From: an uncultured Flavobacteriales bacterium
Lineage (GTDB): Bacteria; Bacteroidota; Bacteroidia; Flavobacteriales; UBA1820
Length of the DNA: 64,000 nucleotides
NCBI GenBank assembly: GCA_959608625.1
Contig: CAUHQV010000006.1
Location: forward strand, 6,498 to 70,497
Direction of reading: 5' to 3'
Each line of letters starts with the position of its first letter. Within the stretch, counting starts at the first letter, position 1. Both the position numbers and the translations under genes were made by a program. Shown one piece after another: positions 8,025-17,484 of the stretch. The notes under the pieces were generated by a model. It saw only the letters and a list, made by a program, of their open reading frames with translations, was not told the DNA's origin and did not search any database.

Positions 8025-10001
8025 TTAGACTACCCGACCACCCAACTCTTCGTTCAGCCGCCGGCGTATCTCCGTTAGGCGCATCAGCGTCTGCTTGAGG
8101 CCTTCGAGGTCTTCAGAGGCCGTCTGCGGATCGGCCAACTGCGCCGATATATCCGCAATGATCGCCTTGACATGCGCCTCCCGGTACCTCAGCACAATAT
8201 CGCGCGTATAGGCGGCCGCTACCGAAGTGAAATCCCGCACCGGCACTCCCATCCGATCCCATCCGGCTAGCTGGTGGTCTTCGCTTATCAGGGAAGAGAC
8301 CATACCGATGACCGCAGGATCGTCCGCCTTCAGCAATTCCGAAGGGTCTATGGGATTTCCGGCCGCTACAACGGCTTTTACGCTGTTGTAAATATTCTCC
8401 AAGGCTTTGTCCCGCAGGGTGATCCCATCCACGGCCAGCGAATCCATGATCTCCCGGGCGATCGTCGTTCGATACGTATCGACATGTTCCCGCACCGATC
8501 CGCAGGGCTCTTCCTCACGGACTACCTCTTCCATCTCCACCTCTACGTCGCCGTACAGGAGCATAATACGCAACATATCGCGTTCGATAGGCCCGAAAGG
8601 GTCTACCTGAGTTTGTTCCGTTTTCTCGACCGTCAGGCGCTCGCGCATCCGGGCGTTGTCGGCGGCCCGTTTGGCCTGCGCTTCGTATTCGTGGCGGTTG
8701 CGGCTGTCTATCTGGGCCAGTTCGCGGAACAGGGAACTCTCCGACACATCCATGATGCGGGAAGCCTCACGCAGGTACACTTCCCGTTTGATATAGTCGG
8801 ATATTTTGGAGATGGACACCACGATATCGCGCACCAGGCGGGACTTGAGGATCGGGTCTCCGGCCGCCTCGTCCAGCAGGAGGCGGGCCTTGAAATCGAT
8901 GAAGTCCGTCCGGTTCTTTTCCAGGTATCCTTTCAGCTCTTCGGCCGTATGCTTGCGGGCGAAGGAGTCCGGGTCGTCATTGTCGGGGAAAGTGAGCACC
9001 CGCACGTTCATATCCGCCCCCAGAAGCATATCGATACCCCGGAACGAAGCCTTGATACCCGGCATATCCCCGTCGTACAGCACAGTGATATTCTGGGTAA
9101 GCCGTTTGACCAGCCGGATCTGCCCGTCGGTAAGCGAAGTCCCGGAAGAGGCCACTACGTTTTCCACCCCGGCCTGGTGCAGGGAGATAACATCCGTATA
9201 ACCTTCGACCAAATAGCACGAATCCTGCTTCACAATGGCGTTCTTGGCCTGGAAAAGCCCGTAGAGGATGTCGCTCTTATGATAAATGGGGCTTTCCGGC
9301 GAATTGAGGTATTTGGCGATGGTCTTTTCGCTTTGCATCGTCCGGGCCCCGAAACCGGCCACCCGTCCCGAGAACGAATGGATGGGGAATACCACCCGCC
9401 CGAGGAAACGGTCGTTATAACGCCCGTCCTCGCGTTTGATGGAAAGTCCCGTAGTCTCCAGGTATTCGGGCTTGTACCCGTCCTTGATCGCTGCTTCGGA
9501 GAAAGCCGACCACGCTTCCGGGGAATACCCGAGGGTGAATTTTTCGATGGTCGCGTCGGAGAAACCGCGCTGTCGGAAATAAGTGAGGCCTATATTGCGT
9601 CCGGCAGCCGTTTCGTGGAGTTGCTTTTTGAACCATCCGGCCGCATATTCGGTAACTACATATAGGCTTTCGCGTTCGTCGGCCGCCTGCCGTACTTCGG
9701 GAGACACTTCCGTCTCCTCGATTTCGATGTTATATTTCTTGGCGATATAACGGATAGCCTCGGGATAGGTGCAATGCTCCACCTCCATCACGAAAGTGAC
9801 CATATTGCCACCTTTTCCCGATGAAAAATCCTTCCAGATACCCTTGGCAGGGGATACGACGAACGACGGCGTCTTTTCGTCGTTGAACGGAGAAAGTCCC
9901 TTATAGTTGGCCCCGGCGCGTTTGAGCACGACGAAATCACCCACCACCTCTTCAATGCGGGCGTCGGAAAAGACCCTGTCTATCGTTTGTTGGGAGATCA
10001 T
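8025..10001 (-). CDS. dnaG: DNA primase
   Basis: 658 aa. N-terminal zinc-ribbon-like region (EKTPSF), RNA-polymerase core, Toprim motifs LVEGYTDVISL and LYDGDMPGIKAS. See the finding on the lost zinc ligands. Confidence 0.95.
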   Translation of the reverse strand: MISQQTIDRVFSDARIEEVVGDFVVLKRAGANYKGLSPFNDEKTPSFVVSPAKGIWKDFSSGKGGNMVTFVMEVEHCTYPEAIRYIAKKYNIEIEETEVSPEVRQAADERESLYVVTEYAAGWFKKQLHETAAGRNIGLTYFRQRGFSDATIEKFTLGYSPEAWSAFSEAAIKDGYKPEYLETTGLSIKREDGRYNDRFLGRVVFPIHSFSGRVAGFGARTMQSEKTIAKYLNSPESPIYHKSDILYGLFQAKNAIVKQDSCYLVEGYTDVISLHQAGVENVVASSGTSLTDGQIRLVKRLTQNITVLYDGDMPGIKASFRGIDMLLGADMNVRVLTFPDNDDPDSFARKHTAEELKGYLEKNRTDFIDFKARLLLDEAAGDPILKSRLVRDIVVSISKISDYIKREVYLREASRIMDVSESSLFRELAQIDSRNRHEYEAQAKRAADNARMRERLTVEKTEQTQVDPFGPIERDMLRIMLLYGDVEVEMEEVVREEEPCGSVREHVDTYRTTIAREIMDSLAVDGITLRDKALENIYNSVKAVVAAGNPIDPSELLKADDPAVIGMVSSLISEDHQLAGWDRMGVPVRDFTSVAAAYTRDIVLRYREAHVKAIIADISAQLADPQTASEDLEGLKQTLMRLTEIRRRLNEELGGRVV

Positions 10002-11680
10002 TTTTCGGCTTGGGAAAGGATCCGTTCGAGTATTTTTTCAGTGACGATATAGGTAGGCTTCACCCCCGCCTCGCCCAAGGGGCCGGAAGCCAGGGTGAGC
10101 GAAGTGTCCAGCGGATTGTCGGAGGCGTAATACGCATACCGGAGCACCACATCGCGGGAAATATTGCCCCGGATACGGGAGTGCGCCTGAATGGCTTTCT
10201 GGTAGTGCGCTCCTTCCATTTCGAGCCCCACCGCGTGCCAGGACGAACGGTGGAAGAATTCGAGGACATCCTTATTTTGCAACGATGTTCCCAGCACGGT
10301 GATCATCGAACCTTCGAACACCTTCAGCCCGCTGTCGCGGAAATCTTCGGCGCCCAAGGCATTGTCCAGCGGATAGTTGTCCGCCGTGCCTTCGAATATA
10401 TAAGAGGTCGGGATCATAATGTCGCCCTTCCCTCCCTCGAGAATGCCCGCTTTGCCCATAATGGAGATAGACCGCACATCGAGGTATTTTTTCCCGCCTT
10501 CGGGCAGGTCGATCGGTTTGAGGAGTTCATCCATGATCTCGAACGCCTGCTCCCCGAACGCATAGTCCAGCACAAACAGTACGGGAGCCTCTTTTTCCGG
10601 CACTTTTTCAAACCGCTCCGCTAAGGAAGGCACTTTCCGGCAGTCGAATATCTGGACGTCGACGTTGGCCCCGGTCGTATCGGCGACGTAGGCCATGCCG
10701 TGCCCTTTCGCATATTGGGTCACCAGGTCCATCAAATGGCCGTTCTTCGGCTTGGAGAGGGCGACATAGAGGTTCTGGGGGATTTTTTCCCCGGCGTCTT
10801 CAATAGCGCGGCGGGCATAGAGCAGGTTCATCGCACTGTGCATATTGGCGCTGACGATGTGCAAAGGCCGTTTTTCAAGCCCCAACTCCATCAGGCGCTT
10901 TTTCACGGTGGCGGCCCATAACTCCCCGTGCACATGGTGGCCGATACGCTCCCGCAAAAGGGACGAGAAAGTGATCTCCCGGTCTTTTCCTTCGAGGGCT
11001 TCCTGCATGGACAAACGCCCCATGTGGTAAACGATACTGAAAAGGCGGTCCGGATCGTCCGGCGTAGCGAATTTCGCATGGGCCGCCTGCACATCCTCGA
11101 ACGAACGTCCGAGCAGGGTCGCCAGATAGGACAAATATACTTCGCGGGTGTTTTCTTCCAGGCGGATTTTTTCGGAGACCAGCGCCTCGATCTTACGCCA
11201 TTCGCGGGATACGCCGCCCTCGTCCGGACGGGCATGCCGCATGATCTTATCCGCTTCGTTGTACAGGAAAGTCAGGTGTGTCAGCGCATCGTATATCTCC
11301 GAACGTCCGTGGGTGACCTGCATATTCATTTGGTCGGCGTCGATGCGGAAACAGCAATGCCTGCGGCGTAGGGGGACGATACATTCGAAAGCTGCTTCGA
11401 AACCTTCTTCGGAAGTGAAATGGATGTACCGGCATTCGTCGATACCGCGCGGCAAACGGTCGGTCACGTACAGCAACCCGTCCAGCTCGACCTTGTGCGG
11501 GTCGGCCAGGGAACCGTATATCTCCGGGGAAAGCTCCAGCAGGCTGCGCCGCAGGGATTGGCCGGAAATGCCCCCGGGTTTGTAAAAGCCCCGGTTGAAC
11601 AAATGGCGCATAGTGATGTATAAGCGCTCGATAGCGCTGCTGGATTCCTGGGCCCGTGTCCGCTTTTTCTGTGGCAGCAT
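9998..11680 (-). CDS. uncharacterised two-domain protein with a C-terminal PNP/UDP-phosphorylase-like (nucleosidase-fold) domain
   Basis: 560 aa. C-terminal segment ...IMGKAGILEGGKGD...AVGLEMEGAHYQKAI...LRYAYYASDNPL resembles the catalytic strands of MTA/AMP nucleosidases. I see no motif in the N-terminal ~330 aa. TGA overlaps the dnaG ATG (ATGA). The start could instead be the internal MRHLFNRG. Confidence 0.6.
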   Translation of the reverse strand: MLPQKKRTRAQESSSAIERLYITMRHLFNRGFYKPGGISGQSLRRSLLELSPEIYGSLADPHKVELDGLLYVTDRLPRGIDECRYIHFTSEEGFEAAFECIVPLRRRHCCFRIDADQMNMQVTHGRSEIYDALTHLTFLYNEADKIMRHARPDEGGVSREWRKIEALVSEKIRLEENTREVYLSYLATLLGRSFEDVQAAHAKFATPDDPDRLFSIVYHMGRLSMQEALEGKDREITFSSLLRERIGHHVHGELWAATVKKRLMELGLEKRPLHIVSANMHSAMNLLYARRAIEDAGEKIPQNLYVALSKPKNGHLMDLVTQYAKGHGMAYVADTTGANVDVQIFDCRKVPSLAERFEKVPEKEAPVLFVLDYAFGEQAFEIMDELLKPIDLPEGGKKYLDVRSISIMGKAGILEGGKGDIMIPTSYIFEGTADNYPLDNALGAEDFRDSGLKVFEGSMITVLGTSLQNKDVLEFFHRSSWHAVGLEMEGAHYQKAIQAHSRIRGNISRDVVLRYAYYASDNPLDTSLTLASGPLGEAGVKPTYIVTEKILERILSQAEK

Positions 11681-11773
11681 TTTCCTTTCAGTTTTTGGTC
11701 TGGAAGGTAAAGATACGATTTTTTATGTTAATCCGGATACCGTGCCCTATTGGACAGCAAGCGCCGCACACCA

Positions 11774-13642
11774 TCAGAACAATTCGTCGTCGCGGCTCAT
11801 TTCGACCACTTTTTCCCGGTAGGCCGAAAGCAGCCGTCCACGGGAAACGAAACCTACATACCGGTTGTGGTAGCCCACTACGGGAAGATTCCACGCGCCC
11901 GTCTTGTGGAATTTGTGGGCGATCGTTTCCATCGAATCCTTTTCCTGTTCAATCACCGCCGGGGGCTGTTGCATCATATTGCCCACGTTGATCTTCTGGT
12001 AAAGGGCCGTATCGAACATCACGGAGCGGATATCGTCCAAAAGGACGATACCGAGAAAGTGGTTGTGCCGGGACACCACCGGGAAAATATTGCGGCACGA
12101 TTTGGAAATGGCGTCATGCACCACATCCCCGAGAGTCGCCTCGATAGGTATCTTGATAAAATCTTTCTCGATCAGGCAGTCCAGATCCATTTCCCGGAGA
12201 ATGGCCTTGTCTTTGTCCCGGCCGGGCAGGTCGCCTTTCTTTGCCAGTTCCTCGGTATAAACGCTGTATTTGGTATAGAATTTGGTAATAACGAACGACA
12301 GGGCGGAAACGACCATCAGCGGAGCGATCAATACGTACCCTCCCGTGGTCTCCGCGATCAAAAAGACGGCCGAAAGCGGGGATTGCATCACTCCGGCCAT
12401 CATGCCGGCCATCCCCACCAAGGCAAAATTGGAGAGCGAAAGCGCCGCATCCGGATGGATGATATTCACCGCCCGGGCGAACGCCAGGCCCGCCACAGCG
12501 CCCATGAAAAGCGTCGGAGCGAACGTACCGCCGATACCCCCGGCTCCGAAGGTCGCCGTAGTGGCGATCATCTTCAGGTACAGCATGACCACCAGGATCA
12601 CCACGGCCATCCACGGATTGTCCGGGAAGCCTATTGTCCAGCTAAGTCCTGTGACCGACATATAGTCTTCGGCCAGCAAACTGTTGATCGTCGAATAGCC
12701 GTCGCCGTACAGCGGGGGCATGAGATAGATCAAACAGCCCAAACCCAGACCGCCTACCAGCAGGCGCACATAGGTATTGCGGAGGTTTTGTTCAAAAAAC
12801 CGTCCGATACGGGAATACAATTTCGTAAAATGGATAGAGGCTATCGCCATGAAAAGGGCCAGAAGCACGTAATAAAATATGCTTTCCAAATGGAAGGCCG
12901 CATCCTGCGTAAAATCGAGCGTCAGGGTCTGCCCCATGAAAAAATAGGAAACCAATATCCCGGTGGCGGAAGCGAGGATCAGCGGGATGAGCGAGGCCAT
13001 CGTCAGGTCGAGAGCGAAGACTTCTATCACGAAAATGACCCCCGTTACCGGGACCTTGAATATGGCCGCCAGCGCCGCCGCCGTACCGCAGGCCAGCAGC
13101 AGAGTGCGGGTCTTGGTATCCAGGTTGAGCATACGGGCGAAATTGGAGCCGATGGCCGCGCCCGTACTTACCGCAGGCCCCTCGAGTCCTACCGAACCAC
13201 CGAAACCGACCGTAAGGGGGGAGGAAATAAGCGACGAATACGTGGAGCGGAACGGCAGGATGGATTTGCCTCGAGAAATGGAATACAGCACATCGGGTAT
13301 CCCATGCCCTACGCCCCGGCGCACCACGTATTTGATTACCAACAGGGTCAGGGTGATACCGATGATAGGGAATGCGAAATAGAACTCATTGAATCCCAAG
13401 TTTCCTACCAGGGTATTCTCTACAAAATTCTGAATAAAGTGCGTGAAGTTCTTCAGAATAACGGAACTAAGTCCACCCAGGAGTCCTACGATGACCGCAG
13501 AAATAAGCACCAGGCGACGCAGGGACATGTGCTTGTAGCGCCATATGATCAGACGGCGGAATGCCTCCCTGTTGGAAAATATCCTCAGGGAGTACCTCGT
13601 CCATACCTTTACGGAGTGCCACCATGTCCGTTTGCGTGTCAT
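11774..13642 (-). CDS. voltage-gated chloride channel (ClC) family protein with C-terminal CBS pair
   Basis: 622 aa, multi-TM. ClC selectivity motifs GSVGLEGPAV and GGIGGTFAPTLF. The C-terminal ~150 aa is CBS-like (DVVHDAISKSCRNIFPVV...). Confidence 0.9.
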   Translation of the reverse strand: MTRKRTWWHSVKVWTRYSLRIFSNREAFRRLIIWRYKHMSLRRLVLISAVIVGLLGGLSSVILKNFTHFIQNFVENTLVGNLGFNEFYFAFPIIGITLTLLVIKYVVRRGVGHGIPDVLYSISRGKSILPFRSTYSSLISSPLTVGFGGSVGLEGPAVSTGAAIGSNFARMLNLDTKTRTLLLACGTAAALAAIFKVPVTGVIFVIEVFALDLTMASLIPLILASATGILVSYFFMGQTLTLDFTQDAAFHLESIFYYVLLALFMAIASIHFTKLYSRIGRFFEQNLRNTYVRLLVGGLGLGCLIYLMPPLYGDGYSTINSLLAEDYMSVTGLSWTIGFPDNPWMAVVILVVMLYLKMIATTATFGAGGIGGTFAPTLFMGAVAGLAFARAVNIIHPDAALSLSNFALVGMAGMMAGVMQSPLSAVFLIAETTGGYVLIAPLMVVSALSFVITKFYTKYSVYTEELAKKGDLPGRDKDKAILREMDLDCLIEKDFIKIPIEATLGDVVHDAISKSCRNIFPVVSRHNHFLGIVLLDDIRSVMFDTALYQKINVGNMMQQPPAVIEQEKDSMETIAHKFHKTGAWNLPVVGYHNRYVGFVSRGRLLSAYREKVVEMSRDDELF

Positions 13643-13681
13643 GCCATTAGTTTTACGCCTGCCTTATACAGGCGTCCGGTT

Positions 13682-15430
13682 TTATTGTTTCTTGATGTTC
13701 AGGCTCAGTTCGTCGAGCTGTTCGGCCGCCAAAGGCGCCGGAGCGTCTATCATCACATCCCGCCCGGAATTGTTCTTGGGGAACGCGATGAAGTCGCGGA
13801 TGATCTCGTTGCCGCCCAGCAGGGCCACCAAACGGTCGAGCCCGAAAGCCAGTCCGCCGTGGGGAGGCGCGCCGTAGCGGAACGCATTCATCAGGAACCC
13901 GAACTGGTCTTCGGCCTTCTCCGGAGTGAAGCCCAAATGGCGGAACATCAGCATCTGGGTCTCCCGGTCGTGGATACGGATCGATCCTCCGCCTACTTCG
14001 TTGCCGTTGAGCACGATATCATAGGCGTTGGCCCGCACGGCCCCAGGATCTGTATCGAGCAGCGGAATATCTTCCAGTTTGGGCGAAGTGAACGGATGGT
14101 GCATCGCGTAAAAACGCTGCGTTTCCTCGTCCCACTCGAACAGCGGGAAGTCTACCACCCACAACGGGGCGAACACGCCGGGGTTGCGAAGCCCCAGGCG
14201 TGTAGCCATTTCCATGCGCAGGGCGCCGAGCGCCTTGCGGGTCTTGTCCGCCGGGCCGGCCATCACCAGCATCAGGTCGCCGGCTTTGGCGCCCATTTGC
14301 CCGGCTATCTTTTCGAGGTCTTCGGGGGAGTAGAATTTGTCGACGGACGATTTGAATGTCCCGTCCGTATTGTGTTTGATATAGACCAGGCCGCTGCCAC
14401 CTATCTGCGGGCGCTTTACCCACTCGGTCAGTTCATCGGTCTGCTTGCGGGAATAGTCGGCACATCCTTCCACCACGATACCCACGACCAGCGGGGCATT
14501 GTCGAACACGGAAAAGCCCTTGCCTTTCACCAGGTCGTTCAGCTCGTGGAAATGCATATCGAACCGGATATCCGGCTTGTCCGAGCCGTAGAGCCGCATC
14601 GCGTCGGCATATGTCATGCGCGGGAGTTTTTCCACCTCCACTCCGCGTATTTCCTTTAGCAAATGCTTGAAAAGTCCCTCGAACGTATCGAGGATATCTT
14701 CCTGCTCCACGAACGACATCTCGCAGTCCACCTGGGTGAACTCCGGCTGGCGGTCGGCCCGCAGGTCTTCGTCGCGGAAACATTTGACGATCTGATAGTA
14801 TTTGTCGATGCCTGCCACCATCAGCAGTTGCTTGAATGTCTGGGGAGACTGCGGCAGGGCGTAGAATTCGCCGGGGTTCATCCGCGAAGGCACCACGAAG
14901 TCGCGGGCGCCTTCCGGAGTGGATTTGATCAGGTACGGGGTTTCGACGTCGATGAAGCCTTGCTCCGAAAGATACTTGCGCACCGCCATCGATACCTGCG
15001 CACGCAATAGCAGATTGTTCTTCACCGGGTTGCGGCGGATGTCCAGGTAACGGTACCGCATACGCAGGTCGTCCCCGCCGTCCGATTCGTCCTCGATCGT
15101 GAAAGGAGGTACTTCGCTGGTGTTGAGCACCGTCAGTTTTTCGACGAAAAGCTCTATATCGCCGGTGGGATTGTTCGGGTTTTTCGAAGCGCGTTCCACG
15201 ACCGTACCCTCGGCTTGTACCACGTATTCACGGCCCAGTTTCTTGGCGGCATCCATCAGCCCGGCGGCCGATTTTTCGTTGAAAGCCAACTGGGTAATGC
15301 CGTAGCGGTCGCGAAGATCTATGAATACCATCTGGCCGAGGTCGCGGATATGCTGTACCCAGCCCGAGAGAGTTACTTTTTGTCCTGTGTGAGCGGCGGT
15401 AAGCTGGCCGCAGGTGTGCGTTCTGAACAT
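13682..15430 (-). CDS. aspS: aspartate--tRNA ligase
   Basis: 582 aa. Class II motifs [38 protein letters not shown]-terminal OB fold. Confidence 0.96.
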   Translation of the reverse strand: MFRTHTCGQLTAAHTGQKVTLSGWVQHIRDLGQMVFIDLRDRYGITQLAFNEKSAAGLMDAAKKLGREYVVQAEGTVVERASKNPNNPTGDIELFVEKLTVLNTSEVPPFTIEDESDGGDDLRMRYRYLDIRRNPVKNNLLLRAQVSMAVRKYLSEQGFIDVETPYLIKSTPEGARDFVVPSRMNPGEFYALPQSPQTFKQLLMVAGIDKYYQIVKCFRDEDLRADRQPEFTQVDCEMSFVEQEDILDTFEGLFKHLLKEIRGVEVEKLPRMTYADAMRLYGSDKPDIRFDMHFHELNDLVKGKGFSVFDNAPLVVGIVVEGCADYSRKQTDELTEWVKRPQIGGSGLVYIKHNTDGTFKSSVDKFYSPEDLEKIAGQMGAKAGDLMLVMAGPADKTRKALGALRMEMATRLGLRNPGVFAPLWVVDFPLFEWDEETQRFYAMHHPFTSPKLEDIPLLDTDPGAVRANAYDIVLNGNEVGGGSIRIHDRETQMLMFRHLGFTPEKAEDQFGFLMNAFRYGAPPHGGLAFGLDRLVALLGGNEIIRDFIAFPKNNSGRDVMIDAPAPLAAEQLDELSLNIKKQ

Positions 15431-15455
15431 TTTATCATTATGGATTTTTCGTATG

Positions 15456-15463
15456 CAAAATTA
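15456..15463 (-). promoter_or_regulatory. Bacteroidota -7 promoter box (TAATTTTG) for aspS
   Basis: Perfect TAnnTTTG on the minus strand, 26 nt upstream of the aspS ATG. Confidence 0.5.
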
Positions 15464-15738
15464 GGCAATAAATCCCTTTTCCGGGACAATGTCCCGCTAT
15501 ATTTTACTGGCCGTCAAAGCGGGCAGAACAGGCTGTAAAAGGCCGGCTTTATGGCAATACCTTAAAATCATGCGCATCCATTCGTGCTTTGGCGTCGTCC
15601 GGAGTAAGACCGGGCGATCCGTTGCCGGGGCCATTTCATCCTCTGCCTATACAAAGATATGAAATCAAACGCTTTATACATAGAAAAAGGCGGAATCAAA
15701 AAATCCGGCGATACGGTCACCGTTTGGGAAATCTTTCA

Positions 15739-15746
15739 TAGTTTTG
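15739..15746 (+). promoter_or_regulatory. Bacteroidota -7 promoter box (TAGTTTTG) for lspA
   Basis: Perfect TAnnTTTG, 49 nt upstream of the lspA TTG start. Confidence 0.45.
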
Positions 15747-15794
15747 TCAGATAGTAGAAAAATCCGTCCGGAACTGAAAAAATAACGGAACCTG

Positions 15795-16427
15795 TTGAAA
15801 AAAGTATTTTACATCAGCCTGCTCGTGCTGGTCGCCGACCAGGCCCTTAAATTCTGGGTAAAGACCCACATGTACCTGGGCGAAAAGATCGCCGTAACCT
15901 CCTGGTTTGATCTGCATTTTGTAGAAAATCCGGGCATGGCTTTCGGAATGGAATTCGGCGGCGACGGCGGCAAACTGGCCCTGACTATTTTTCGCATCAT
16001 CCTATCCGGCCTGCTCCTTTTCTGGATATGGACTCTGGCCAACCGGAAAGCACCCAACATCCTGGTGATCCCCCTGACCCTGATATTTGCCGGAGCGGTG
16101 GGCAATGTCTTCGATTCAATGTTTTACGGGCTCATATTCAACGACCCGCCTTTCGGGGTGGCAACGTTTCTGCCCGAAGGGGGCGGATACGGGACATTCC
16201 TCCACGGCAGGGTGGTCGATATGTTCTATGTCCACCTGTGGGAGGGCAACCTCCCTGCATGGTTGCCTATTTGGGGCGGGAAACCGTTCGTGTTCTTCCC
16301 GGCCGTGTTCAATATCGCGGACATCGCCGTATCGGTGGGTATCATTCTGCTGCTCATCTTCCAGCGCAAGGCTTTCGACCGGAAAAATTCCTACCAGAAA
16401 TCCGACCGTTACGTAAAAGATTTTTAA
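15795..16427 (+). CDS. lspA: lipoprotein signal peptidase II
   Basis: 210 aa. Catalytic-Asp regions NPGMAFGM and FNIADIAVSVG, 4 TM segments. Apparent TTG start at 15795. A TAGTTTTG box lies 49 nt upstream. Confidence 0.88.
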   Translation: MKKVFYISLLVLVADQALKFWVKTHMYLGEKIAVTSWFDLHFVENPGMAFGMEFGGDGGKLALTIFRIILSGLLLFWIWTLANRKAPNILVIPLTLIFAGAVGNVFDSMFYGLIFNDPPFGVATFLPEGGGYGTFLHGRVVDMFYVHLWEGNLPAWLPIWGGKPFVFFPAVFNIADIAVSVGIILLLIFQRKAFDRKNSYQKSDRYVKDF

Positions 16428-16455
16428 CCGAAAACCCCTATAACCACCCATATCC

Positions 16456-17418
16456 ATGAGACGAACGATACTGACCCTTTTGATTGGCCTGTCCGGCGCC
16501 TGTGTATTCGCCCAAAGCACTTCCCAGGCCTACAAAGACTATATCGAAAAATACAAGGACGTAGCCGTCCGGCAAATGCAGGCCGAGCGCATCCCGGCCA
16601 GCGTCATCATGGCCCAGGGGCTTCTGGAATCGGCGGCAGGCAAGAGTTACCTGGCCGTGAACGCCAACAACCATTTCGGCATCAAATGCACCCCGGACTG
16701 GAAAGGCAAAACCATCCTGAAAGACGACGACCGCAAGAACGAATGCTTCCGGAAATACGAACACGCCGAAGAATCCTACCGCGATCATTCGGCTTTCCTC
16801 AAGCGCGACCGTTACGCCTCGCTGTATACGCTCGAACCCACCGATTATAAAGCCTGGGCGAAAGGCCTGAAAGCGGCCGGATACGCGACCGACCCTCTTT
16901 ATGCGGAAAAACTCATCCGGCTGATCGATACTTATTCGCTGCATACCCTCGACATCCAGGGCGCCCCCGGTATCGTGCCGCCCGGAGAAACGGCCGTAGC
17001 GGACGGATCGGCGCAATCGGTGGTGGTAGCCGGCGACCCCAACGCCATGTTCCGCCATGCCAACAAAGGCATGCTGTATGCCGTAGCCTTCCCGGGCGAT
17101 ACGCCGCTGACGATTTCGGAACGATTCAAAGTGCCGTTGAAAAAGATACTGGATTACAACGAACTGCGCTACGATTCGCAGCTCATCCCCGGCCAGTATG
17201 TCTTCCTGGTGAAGAAAAAGACCAGCGGAGCGGAAGATTTCTATACCGTACAGCCCGGCGACACGATGTACCTCATCGCCCAAAAGACCGGCATGACGGT
17301 GGAATCCCTCTACAGCAAGAACCGCATCAAAGCGGGCGAACAGCCGCCGGTAGGGGCCAAACTGTACCTGAAGCGCAATATCCCGCGCCGCCTGGCGACC
17401 AATCCGTACAACATCTGA
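16456..17418 (+). CDS. secreted N-acetylglucosaminidase-domain protein with two LysM repeats
   Basis: Signal peptide, glucosaminidase (GH73-like) core ASVIMAQGLLESAAGKSYLAVNANNHFGIKC, then two LysM-like repeats (YAVAFPGDTPLTISERF..., YTVQPGDTMYLIAQKTG...). Confidence 0.85.
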   Translation: MRRTILTLLIGLSGACVFAQSTSQAYKDYIEKYKDVAVRQMQAERIPASVIMAQGLLESAAGKSYLAVNANNHFGIKCTPDWKGKTILKDDDRKNECFRKYEHAEESYRDHSAFLKRDRYASLYTLEPTDYKAWAKGLKAAGYATDPLYAEKLIRLIDTYSLHTLDIQGAPGIVPPGETAVADGSAQSVVVAGDPNAMFRHANKGMLYAVAFPGDTPLTISERFKVPLKKILDYNELRYDSQLIPGQYVFLVKKKTSGAEDFYTVQPGDTMYLIAQKTGMTVESLYSKNRIKAGEQPPVGAKLYLKRNIPRRLATNPYNI

Positions 17419-17430
17419 TACTGAACGGAA

Positions 17431-17472
17431 AAAACCAAAAGGCCGCTGTATCTACAGCGGCCTTTTGGTTTT
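17431..17472. terminator. bidirectional intrinsic terminator between the glucosaminidase and patatin-Omp85 genes
   Basis: Perfect 20-bp stem AAAACCAAAAGGCCGCTGTA / TACAGCGGCCTTTTGGTTTT around a 2-nt centre. Confidence 0.8.
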
Positions 17473-17484
17473 CCTGAAAAATCC

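Noticed and set aside
11750-14659. Very long ORFs antisense to real genes. Examples: 969 aa at 11750-14659 spanning the ClC gene, the spacer and aspS; 479 aa at 611-2050; 1180 aa at 35176-38718; 553 aa at 36703-38364; 698 aa at 42859-44955; 480 aa at 50525-51967; 640 aa at 60057-61979; 399 aa at 21939-23138; 402 aa at 49074-50282.
   Set aside because: Those I checked (611-2050, 11750-14659 and 35176-38718) lie in the codon-aligned antisense frame of a well-supported gene. I confirmed that their start positions share the same residue mod 3 as the sense codons. In that frame a stop arises only from sense TTA, CTA or TCA codons, which this GC3-rich genome evidently avoids. The translations are low-complexity and Arg/Gly/His/Pro-rich, with no recognisable motifs. 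I read them as codon-bias artefacts, not nested genes.
15570-15662. Small ORFs in the aspS-lspA spacer: a 30-aa MRIHSCFGVV... at 15570-15662, and a ~30-aa MKSNALYIEKGG... starting at 15659.
   Set aside because: No recognisable motifs, no supporting promoter spacing, and rare-codon content. Not distinguishable from chance ORFs.
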